Shown: piece by piece, positions 36,601 to 47,900 of the stretch | How the letters are laid out: every line of letters begins with the position of its first letter | How positions within the stretch are numbered: the stretch's first letter is position 1 | From: Lepidodermella squamata | Taxonomy: Eukaryota > Animalia > Gastrotricha | Assembly (NCBI GenBank): GCA_047495785.1 | Contig: JBLDXI010000008.1 | Location: 13,987-77,986 of the forward strand | Length of the DNA: 64,000 nucleotides | Reading direction: 5' to 3' | Position numbers and translations under genes: made by a program | The notes under the pieces: generated by a model | Seen by the model: only the letters and a program-made list of their open reading frames with translations | Database searches by the model: none | What the model was told of the DNA's origin: nothing

Positions 36601-37130
36601 CGATCGGTTTGGCCGCTCTTCATTTCCTTATTTTTGTTTACGCTTGCTACGCGTCATTCAAATCCTGCAATGTAAGTCTTTCGATCTACTTTGAACGTTA
36701 AAATGTGTTCTGAACAATTCTGAAAAATTCTAATAAAGTCAGAAAAAATCTTGAAAATTTCTAATTTTAATACCTTGGAAAGGAGAAAATAAAAAACGAC
36801 CTATTTTTAGAATCTACATTCGACCGAATGGAATTCCGATTTGGTTGTTCAAAAAAGACGCATCAGCCGAGCTCTTTATTGTATCGCCCTGTTTCTAATG
36901 GCTACAACGCTCCTCGGTTTCCGTCTCGGTCCAGATTACATCCTTCCGCTAGGGACCAGCTTAGCTGTCCTTTTTTCCGCTACTTCATTTGGCCTAGTGA
37001 TACTACCAAAAGTGGGCGAATTTAGGTTTTTTTATGATTTTTCATTCAGTTTATTTCATTTGAGCAGGCTCTATGCAAGAATCCTGCTATTTCGACTATG
37101 AGATCGAGCATGTTAGCGATCCAACACTAA
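33668..37130 (+). CDS. Class C GPCR, GABA-B-receptor-like, paralogue B; 6 exons (alternative start 33614)
   Basis: ELALDRFAGLDNWLPGYEIAFDLIDDEC; WRQIAVISE; LKSHDQRIIFV; ACWLHRYKMFGPFY; WRTKDGLPPLD; TM exons 36013-36671 and 36811-37011; last exon ALCKNPAISTMRSSMLAIQH*. Clearly homologous to 16037-18639. Confidence 0.88.
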
Positions 37131-37417
37131 AACGGTACATTGACTCTCGAGATAAACCGAGCGGAAAAAGACGACAAAAACGAGCCGGTGCAAAATGCAA
37201 AAGGACCATATCATTTTCCAGGAATAAAAGATAAATTCACAGTTCACAGGAAAAAATGCGGTAGCCGGTGTAACGTGGGTGGTAATTTTGTTGTCTTTCA
37301 GCGATAGCCTGGGCCTCAAAATAGGCCACGTTTCCGTGAAGTCGAGGCGCGTCTTATCTTACCGCTACTTGTTATGAGATTCAGTATTTGAGATTTTAAT
37401 CCCGAAGTTTGTTCGCC

Positions 37418-39163
37418 ATGGCCAATTCTGGGTCGTCAATTGCGGAGGTAACAACCTCCCGCCCGGGCGTCGCGAGGGCCAGCAGCGCTGCCCAACGGCC
37501 TTCCGTTTTCCCATCAGGTTTACTACCGAGTGCCCCGAACCCAGCCATCCAATACACCCCGGCTAGTGCCATGCCAGCTTACCCGGTTATTGGGCCTAAC
37601 AATTTCAACAACGCATCTGGGCCGTCAATCCCGCCGAATTACACCAGTGCCGGGATGATGTTTCCGCAATCGTCAGGTGGAGCCATGCCTGCGTTTGCCC
37701 CGTCGTTCAATAACATGCTGCTGACCACGCAAATCGAGCAGAACCAGCGCTACAACCAGTTGATGTACGACCGGTACCAGCGCGAAATCTTGGGCGCGCG
37801 TGTTAAGCTGGAAGATGCCTTCTTCAAGTGCGCTCTAGCCATGCAGGACGACGTTCGGAAGGCGGCGTTCGAGTCTTGGCAGCGTTCTGTTGCCGATGCG
37901 ACCAAAGTTTTCGATGAGATTATGACCGAGCGAATGACGCATAAAGAGGTCGACAAGACGATCGCAACTTTCAGAGCGGTATGCTTTTCGAAATTTTACT
38001 AAGAATTCGCATCAGTGGGAATGGGTGGTAGCTAGTATCGTATCCCAAGTTTCCCCGATAGGTCCAAGCAAGAAAACCCCTAAAAACTATTTGGTTTGGA
38101 AATTTGGTGCCGAAAATACCCCCTAGCTATAGGATCAGTCTAGGAAGTAGGATCCCCAACTATTGGGTAACATTGAACATCGTAACTTTATAGGACCAGA
38201 GACCCCACCCCGCTAAGGTTTCTTTGAGGTTTCTTGCTTCGACCTCTAGGCGACTGGGGGCGGTATCTCACGCCCTGTTGCCGTAAACTCATTCACATTC
38301 ATCGTATTTTTCCAGGGCCTTGCTCTTTTGACGCATGCCCTGGAGATGTGCATAACAGCTCGATGTCCTCTCCGCTTCAAGGAATTAAGCACTGAGAAAA
38401 ATGCGAAGGTCACTAGCGTTCACGCGGTTATGGTTATAACCAACTTTTTCGACTGCATCCAGCGGACCCTACGCAGTTTAACTGTTGAAGCTCGCAAATG
38501 GTACGACTGGGCACAAGTCGGCATATCGGCGAATATTACCGTCAAAAAAGACGGCTCTGGGCCTATTATCTATCAATTTCAGCAAGACACGCCTCCATCT
38601 GGCAATGCTATCGCTATAGCACGGGTAATTTCTTAGATACAACAGTTCACTTGGTTTCTATCTTCGCCTCTCATATTTTTCAGCAAAATGAAGCCATGCG
38701 TAAGGAGGAAGAGGCTAGATTGCAGAGGGAGCGTGAGAAGCGCAAGAAAAGCTGTTGGTACAAATGCTTCGGAGGTGACATTGAGATGGGCCAAGTTATA
38801 CCGACAGTTAACGCGCAGGTCGCGCCCGATTTGGACTACCGCATTTACACATTCGAACTGTGGAGCTTCGATATACGACTAATCGCTCGTGTCATTGATT
38901 TTCAAGACACAATAATCGATTTCCGGAGCATCCGATACCCGCGCGATTTCGCAGATAAGCAGGCTAAGACTGATTACGCCAGGGAAAAGGAGGTTGACGA
39001 AAAGGTCCATGAGCAGCTGCTTGAGAGGAAGAAAAAGCTGGATGAATTACAGCGGCACTACAAGCAGCAGGGAGGCGGTAAGAATAAAGGCAAAAAGCAA
39101 GAAAAAACGCAGACAGCAGCAGATCCCTTCGATGATCCTTTTGATGAAGTTGAGGAAATGTGA
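37418..39163 (+). CDS. Unknown protein with Pro/Ser/Ala-rich N-terminus and charged helical C-terminus; exons ~37418-37978, 38316-38624, 38684-39163
   Basis: Three long ORFs with GT/AG boundaries and coding-like composition; contains a KKSCWYKCFGG motif; no family recognised. Confidence 0.65.
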
Positions 39164-39663
39164 AAATTCGTTGGGTTTGAACGCCACGCTTGCATTTATG
39201 ATGTTTGATTTCTGTATACGTCACTGAATTTGCGATTTGCGGAATAAAATTGTGATCTTCAGCGGAAATCCGGGATAGTTTTGCGAACTGTTCAAGTAAG
39301 AGAAAATCTACAAAAACATCGTTGTCGAAGTTTCTCGAAAAAAAACATTGTGACCTCCATAGCTTTGCAATTTCGCCAGAGAATGATCGCCAGGCAAAAA
39401 TTGCAAAGCTAGAGCGACGCTGTACGTCTTCTAAATTCTAGGTAAAGGGTTTTCGGTGACATTCGCGGCCCTCACCTGGTTTTTCCTGGCATCGCCAGCA
39501 GTCAGCCAACAAGAAAAAATTTGGTTTCAAAACATTTCTTTTACTTTCAAATAACTGGATCAAAGCATGTGGTTGCACGATTAAGCTTTTCCTACAGTTA
39601 CATTAGTCCACCTTTGTTCTCTATTGCTGTCATTAATCTCGTCAATGCTTGGATTTTTTAGGT

Positions 39664-42384
39664 TTACTTGCCGATGAGTTGGGCAAGGATTCCTCCACCT
39701 TTCGCATTTTTTATGTTATCAATAACCACCTGCGCCTTATTCGCCTTTGCCAAATCGAGAGGCGTCCGCCCCTTGGCGTCCTTAGCCTTCAGAAGTTTAT
39801 CGTTCAGGCTGTAGAACAGCATCACAACGTCAGCTTTGTCCCCAGCCGCAGCTAAATGGATGGGTAATGATTTGGCATTTGTCGCATCGACTGCCAGCAA
39901 ATCAGCTCCGGCTTTGCACAGGTACTCTGAGGTTTTTATCATTCCCGCGTGGGCAGCTGCGTGCAAAGGAGATCGACCATTGAAGCCTTTCAAACTCAAT
40001 TGTTCCTTGTCAAGTTTGATCAGCTCAAATGCAACCTATGAAAAGTAAGAAAAAAGTATTGATTTAACTTAGAAAATCGGTAAAAACTAACAGAAATTTG
40101 GCCATTAGCAGCTGCTATGTGGATAGCTGCATCCCCGTTTTCATTCCTAGCCTTCAGCATGTCACGATCTTTGTTGATCAGTGCCAGAACAACGCTTTCA
40201 TGGCCCTGCTGAGCCGCGAGATGAATAGCCATCGACCGGGTGTCATCGTTCGTGCGGTTGTACAGGTTCACGTTGACAATGTTGATCAGAAATTCAACAA
40301 CCGACATGTGGCCGTTCCAACTTGCGTCATGCAACGGTGTGCTGTGCAGTTCGTTCTCGTTTTGATGCTCGAAAAGACTCCGGAAAGGCTCTACCTCGTC
40401 GCGAACTTCCCACGGCAGGCGTTGCTGGATTTCATAGATTATCTGTTTCAAACCCATGAAATTTCCACTCTTCGCGAATTGATGGATTCGCTTCCAGTAA
40501 TTTGCGGTCTGAAAACACAACAAATTTAACATGTTTGAGCCGCACTCAAGCATTAGTACCAATTGTTTGACAATGCTTTTAGCCTCATCTCGAGCGATCT
40601 TTTTCAGAGCCTCAGCTTGGACCGGGTCAATTTGAGGCACCGAAGGCGTGTAGACCGGCGGCGGTGCAGCCTGGGCGGGAACGCTAGCCCTCTGTTGCTC
40701 AATAACCCCCTCGGATTGCTTCGAAACACTCGCCTCCGATCTGCGTGAACCCGCGGATTTTTGGGACGAGGACGAAACTGCATTGGCATTGTTCGCATCC
40801 CGCCATCTCAAGATTACGTTTCGCAAGCCAACAGCCGGGAAAACCTCCTTGATTTGGTCTAAATCGTAGCCAAGAAGCTCCTCCGGTGTCACGTATGCCT
40901 CTGATAATTCCCAAAATTTAAGTGATAGCTAGAAGAACTTGGTTACCTTGAAGCATTTCGCATATTGGCTGTTTGTACTGATCCGGAATATCGGGCGACC
41001 GTAAAATCATTTCATACTGCGAATCGTCCTGAAAAAGCAAAAACGTCAATAAATCTAAAAATTGGAAAATAGAACTTACAAATCGAGTCACCGTTGAATT
41101 TGACTGTGTTGTAGGCTTCGATTTGTTAGTAACTGGCTTTGAGCTGCTGGAACTCCTCGCTTGCGATTTAGAGGGTTGAGTAACCAATCGTTCCCCGGCT
41201 AAAATCGGACTTTCCATCAAATCCTCAATCGTTGGCCGTTTTTTAGGGTCTTTCACAAGTATCGACATTACGAATTTACTGAATCCTGGCGAGTAGCCCC
41301 GGGTTTCATCGAATGGCAATGGCGTTTTATTGATGATGTTAGTTATTAACAGCCCCTTTGTTCCTTCAAACTGTGTTTAAAAGTTAAAATTTAAGCTGAG
41401 GAAAAATTGATCACTGGAACCTACTGGAATTTTCGCGTTGCCGATTTCGTACAATGTGATTCCCACAGACCAAATGTCGGATGGTTTTTCGTAAGGCTTC
41501 CCTAGGTGAAACTCCGGGGAGGAATAGGCCCAAGTTCCTGCCGTGGTTATCGAGGTCTTCCTGAAATTTCAAAAAAATTAAATTTGAAATTTTGCATAGA
41601 ATAAAAAATTTACTCGCTCTCCAGACTTTTCGATAGGCCGAAATCACCAAGCTTTATGTTGGTCTGATCGCCGGACATTAGGATATTTCTCGGCTTGATG
41701 TCACGGTGGACATTACCAGCACTGTGCAGGTAACTGATAGCGCTCACCAGTTGTCCGGTCCAGCGCAGAACTCGCGATTCAGGAAAAGGGCTCCTCTTCG
41801 ATTTATCAATCAGCGCTCCCAAATCGCCGCCCTCGCAATACTCGGTGATCAAAAAGTAGAAATCTTCCCCAGCAATTTTCTCTGTAATCACAATAACCCA
41901 ATTTAAGATAAAACCTCAGAATGATTTTCGTGAAAGATACAAAATATTAGATCAAATCGGATTAGTCGCTTTTGAAATCATTCAATTTTGATCAAGTCAA
42001 GATCAAATTCACTATTATATATCGTTCAAAAATCAATATTTTGGATCGAACTTGGATCAATTGCAATGAAATTGATCCAACTTTGATAATAACTCCTTGC
42101 TAACCTTCAAAAAATCCGTAGACCAGTAAAATGTTGGGATGAACGAAATTGCGCATTTTTTCATGCTCATTGCGACTTAGTTCGAGAAGGCGAACGATTT
42201 TGCGCTCACTTAGCCCTTCATGGTCGTAATTCTTGCGCAAAGCGGTCAAGTTAACTTCTTTCATGACATAGCTTGTGTATAGGTCGTTTCGGTGCTTCAC
42301 GAGGCTGACATTGCCGAAACCGCCACTGCCCAGTTCTCGGAGCACTTCGAATTCGCTGCGGGATTGGAAACGCGTCGATGCCAT
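39664..42384 (-). CDS. NEK-like Ser/Thr kinase - SAM-like - ankyrin-repeat protein (multi-exon)
   Basis: LGSGGFGNV, VMKEV, EYCEGGDL, HRDIKPRNI, KLGDFG, AGTWAYSSPE, DIWSVG; SAM-like VTPEELLGYDLDQIKEVFPAVGLRNVILRW; ankyrins STPLHDASWNGH, AIHLAAQQGH, SPLHAAAHAG, GRTPLDLA. Confidence 0.88.
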
Positions 42385-42778
42385 GCTTTTTTCCGTATGC
42401 ACTTGAATTTCGGACGTCGGCAAAAAATGAATTTAGCGAAACTTATCTAGCCAACGGCCGCTACCGTTTTTATCTGTATTTGCTCGAAAAAAGCGAGACT
42501 CTCTTTCTTGGAATTTTTCAGTTTCGCTGATATATCAAAACGAGCTATTTTTAGCGAAGGATAACAAAACCGGCGAAAATGCACCCGTGATACTTGGTAC
42601 CACCACATCCAATGAATGTTCCGTAAACTAGGACATTTGTCAGAATTGAAAGCATGAAAGTGAAAAATTGAAATTTGGGACTTCAAGATCGATTAGAACA
42701 ACAATTGAAATGACGCAAAACCTTAACGTTTCTGGGCTATTTTTATTTCCAAAAATGCATCTTAAAATAGGCCTACAA

Positions 42779-44255
42779 CTATCTGTTAGGGGTTAACCCC
42801 GTCAAATCGTCCTCAGGTTTGGCTTTTGATGATGATGATGATGATGATGCTTTTGATCCAGACTTTGATTTGCGGTCGCCTTGCGAAACTTCTCCATTTT
42901 CGTGATTCCGCCAGCGCAGCACAACGTTGCGAACGCCTATTATCGGGAAAAGCTCCTTCAGCTGGTCATCCGAATATTTGACCAGCTCATCGGTTGAAAC
43001 TAAGTTCTTCTGCAGCACTTTTACGATTTTACTACGATATTCTTCAGGTATAACCGCCGACTGATTGATCTTCGAAAAATCCTGAAAACATAAGATTTCG
43101 GCTTTAAGGACGGAAAAACAGTGATGAAATGTACCATTGAAGCTTCAAGAATCTTGCTAGCATTTTCAGACGATTTCTTGGCGTCGCTCTTTTTCTCAAC
43201 AACTATTATTTGTTCCGTTTCATGTTGTAGAATCGGATCATTGAAGAGCGTCTCGATTTTCGGCCGTTTTACTGCGTTTTTCTCCAACATGGACATGACA
43301 AAGTTTTCAAAGGCGGTGGAATACTTCTTTTCAGCCGGAAAAGGCTTAGCAGGGTCCCTTTAACCGATAATATGAACACAAAAATCAGATATATTCGAAA
43401 TATTACTGTATTATAGCAAGAATCTCCCTGGCTCCACATCCGAACTGCAATATTCATAAGTTTTTTGAAACCAGCTTAAAAAACCCAACTTACAGGTCTA
43501 CAGAAAATTGCCAATTCATAAGCTGTGACGCCCAAAGACCAAATATCGCATGGCTTGCTGTAGGCCTCGCCATTGTGAAATTCTGGGGCCGCATACACCA
43601 ATGTACAAGCATTAGTGATAGATGATTGGGGCAGCGCAGTCCTTAAATACAGGAATTTTTCGAAATGAGTGAAATCTCAAATGACTCACTCTTCAATATT
43701 TTTCGCTAGACCGAAATCTCCGAGTTTAACTTTTTTCAAGTCCTTAGTGAGGAAAATGTTTTTCGGCTTAATATCTCGGTGCACGTGGCCACCCTGGTGG
43801 AGGTACAAAATAGCGCCGATCAACTGCCCAAGCCAGGAAACAATTTGGGTCTCATCGATTTGCGTTCCGTTGGTCTCGTTTTTCTGAATCAACGAGCTCA
43901 AATCACCGCCATCACAGAACTCCATGACGAGAAAATAGAAATCTTCTTCGCCAATTCTCTGCTCGAAATTGCCGTAGACTGTGACAATGTTAGGGTGGAC
44001 GAACTGTCGCAGGGCTTTGTGCTCTTTCCGCGCTAGTTCAAGCATTTTAAGCTGGCGCTTCTCGCTTGTCTGAGCTCGTGCAAGTTGACTTCGAAGCACG
44101 GTGAGGTTCACTTCTTTTAAGACATACTCGGAATATCGGTCCTTGCTGTGTTTGGCTAGGAAAGCGGAGCCAAAGCCGCCGCGGCCTACTGTTCTGATGA
44201 TAGCGAAATCGCTTTTCGAGTTGAACAGCACTAAGGAGTTATCTTTTCCTGCCAT
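42779..44255 (-). CDS. NEK-like Ser/Thr kinase - SAM-like protein (short paralogue, no ankyrins)
   Basis: VGRGGFGSA, VLKEV, HRDIKPKNIFL, KLGDFG, ACTLVYAAPE, DIWSLG; SAM-like VSTDELVKYSDDQLKELFPIIGVRNVVLRW; stop at 42779. Confidence 0.88.
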
Positions 44256-44932
44256 GTTGCTTAGCGTGTAAAAATGACAAAAATTAGGAATTCCCTTCTA
44301 CATGAGTCTATAGTTGATAAGCTGGGGGCAGCTGATAACATTCCTGTTTTGAAAAACTCCCAGAAATATAGCTATTTCATTTCAAATTTCGATAAGCTTT
44401 GCGACATGGATGTCATATGAAGTCCTGAAGATTTAAATGAACGAAACGAGTAAAATAGCAAAGTGCAATGTCTTCAATTAAGTAAATAAAGGAAGCAATT
44501 TGTTGCCACTAAACGCTCTCGAAGAAATGGTACATCGTATCTCAGGGAGAGCACACGTGTTTGCGTCGTGTAAACATGGGTTAAACTTGATTCAGTCATT
44601 AATTATGTAAATAGGACAAAGATTTAATGTAAAGCATTTCAAATAATTGAATCTCCGACTTGAAGGCCAAACTAATTGGCGTTACCCACCAAAGCTACTC
44701 TTCTTCAGCTCGACATCTTCCGTTACCGCGGTTCCCATTAATTTTACAATGATAAGCTGCTGATTTTCACGGATTTTTAAATGCTGGAATCTCTGATCCC
44801 TGATTTTTCCAAGTTCACGACTCTCATATCTGATACATCGGATACTCTCACGCCTCTTTAAAAATGCAATTTCTGGCTTTGAACTTTGAGATAATTTTGT
44901 GATCGATTTTTGAATTTTTCTTTCCCGTAGGC

Positions 44933-47900
44933 ATGATATCTTTCATGTATAGCAATTTGCACCTTTTGGTGCTTCTATTTTACACGATAATCTCCTTGCC
45001 GAAGCCGTGCAGTGGAGCGAACCAGCCAGAAACGACCATCTTCGACAACTTTGTCACCAACGTCCAGTACAACCGAGTTGAACGTCTGCAAGAACAAGCG
45101 AGTAAATTGTTACCGGGCGGGCTGAACGATCTTGCTAATGTTAAGAGCCCGTCGAACAACGACACTCTGCTTCATTTTGCTGCATTTAAAGGCGCGGTGA
45201 TAAGCGTGAAATTTCTCGTTGAAGAAGCCGGTGCGAAGATCACGGCTCGCAACAGCAAAGGCGAGTTGCCCATTCATTTGGCTTGCCTTCAATCGAAGCT
45301 TCAACTTATCGAGTATCTCTTGAATAAAAGCGATGAATTAGGCCTACAAAAGCGGTTTTCATTGGAGGCTGAGACAAACGCTGGCCAAACTCCATTATTC
45401 TATGCTGCGATGTCGAAATCTGTTAACTACAAGGATATCCTCAATTTTCTGCTCAGGAGGGGGGCTAATCGACTTCATCGCGACAAAAACGGCCAGCTAC
45501 CGATCGGAATAGCAGCTGCGTTGAATCGCACTGGTAATGTCGATATTTTGAACGATCAAGGACTCTACGTACGAAATGGCAATGGACGTATTACTGAGTC
45601 TCACTTGTTAGCTGCTGCGAACAAGTGCGAATTTCTCGACTCTCCAGCTGGATTGAAGTCGTTTGACATAACAGCTATCGATCCGCATGGAGATACGCCG
45701 TTGTGTTATGCAACTCGTAACAGCCATTTGGAGTTTGTTAAGAAAGCCATGGACAAGGTTGCACCTTCAGCCACTTGGTTAGCCTCACTGAAGTGCCGAC
45801 TGGTCGGTGATGGGATTTCGCCGAAGGGCACTGGATCATTGCTGTTTCTCGCTGCTTTTCTTCGCAGAGCTGATTTGGTTCGTTACTACAGCGAAACTGG
45901 ACTCGATGTTTCAGTTCAAGTAGCGGCTCAGGTTAGACAACATTTAGGAAATTTCAACTTCTTTCCTACGAATTCTTCTATTTTTTTCATTGAATTCACA
46001 TGAAAAAATCTTAAATTTGTTGAGAAACTATTCTTCGGAAATTGAAAAAATCCTTCAATAGAAATGTGTTATAAAATACAATTTCAATCAAAACCTTTTG
46101 TTGAGATATTTCGAAAAATTTGAAATTTGTTCAAACTCTGGCCTGGATAACATTGTTCTGAAATTATAGCTTTTTTATCGTATTTTCCAGAATTTATGCC
46201 ACATAAGCTAGTGAATTGCAGCGGATTGATTTTTCTAGCTTCCAACATTCGTCATTATCTTTCCACAGGTTTCGACTAAGGAAAATGTTCTGCATGCCAT
46301 GGCGAAATTGTCTGATGCCGAGGCTCATCTTCTCGATGCAACACCCACGGATGAAATTCTATCAATTTTCGCTGATAAAATCCCTCTGTTAATCGAAGAA
46401 CGCGATTCTACTGGCAGAACTCCTTATCTGGTCGCCGTTGCCAACGACGCCGAGTCATTCGCTGATATCCTTAGCAACCGTTACCAAGCTAAGAAAGATG
46501 CGATTGATTTCTACGGCTATTCGCGAATTCATCTCGCTGGAACCGTAACAGCCTTTGAGAAACACAAAAGCGACTTCCCAGGCGCATTCAATTACGAAAA
46601 TCAGCTGACTGAAGACAATGAATTCATCGGGTATTCATTGTCTTCAGTCACGCTGATTTCGTAATTGAATGCGACCCTCGGGAAGTCGCTTTTGTGATTC
46701 TCAAAGGCCTGTTACGCAGTTCCAGCGAGCTATCGACAGTCGATCGCTCATCTCGCCGTAAAATCGAATTACCTGAAAGTTCTGGAGAAAGTGAAGAACA
46801 GCATCGACTTGCTGAGCTGCGATAAATTCGGAAAATCACCGCTTTTGTTGGCAATCGAACTCGGCCGTAACGACATCACTAAATTTCTCCTCGAAACTGA
46901 GAAAATTCTCGTCGATTCTCGAATCGACTGCAAAAATGACGACAGGCTTCTCCACGCATCTCTTCGTTACAAGCAACTGGAATTGGTTAAAAAGACGCTG
47001 TCTGATAAAGAATCTAGCGGGCAATTGTTCCAAGCGAATAAAGATAAGGAGACCCCGATTTCTATTGCCATCGAAGTCGAATTCGTCGAGGGAATCAAAG
47101 AAATTGTGAAGATAAATCGGACAGCTGGAACTTGGGTGGACTCAAGCGGCCGGTCTCTTTTGCACCGAGCGGCACGATGCAGCGAGGCGAACATTGAAAT
47201 CATCGATACACTATTGTCGATGCTAACGAAGAGTGAACTTTCAATGAAGCTAAGCGAAAAAGATGTGAAGGGAGATACGCTGTTATGGCTAGCGATTGAA
47301 CGGAAATGTCCGGAGTTGATCGACATTTTACTCGAGAAATACGAAGCTCCTTGCGATCGGAAATCGAATGGGAATTTACCAATAATTTGGGCTGAAGCTG
47401 CGGGCTATAATCGTGTTGTAGCAGTTTTGGAGAAATTCGATCGATGCAAAGTTGAAACGATGCAATCTTGCGCCGCAGAATTGCGATCTTCACCCACTTT
47501 ATCAATCCAAGGTAATTTTCCGAATTCTTCTGATTATTCCACGCTAATGCTCATATTTTAGCCCTCGTCGATAGGCCCAAGGCGATAGCCAACGGGAAAA
47601 TAGAATTCCAGGAAGTAGCTAGTGCTTGCAAAAGTGCGACTGGGCGAATCATCTGTGATGAAGGTTATTTTTTGATCGGATCGGAAACTGTCGATTTTAT
47701 CGAAGGCGTTTGGGCCATGGGTGGTTATTGCGCTAAAGGTAGAAAGCAATATTCATGCGGCATTTATTTCGTTTTTACATGACTTTTTTAGGCTGTTCCC
47801 CACCTTTCCCATCAATCTCATCCGTCAGGACAGAGTTTGGCGACCCGGCAATTGTTGCTCCCGGGACTGTTTTTACTTTCGAGTGCATGGATGGGTACTC

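Noticed and set aside
39360-39411. Small hairpin TAGCTTTGCAATTT...AAATTGCAAAGCTA between convergent genes
   Set aside because: Not a bacterial terminator in this context; probably a tiny MITE remnant with no TSD support.
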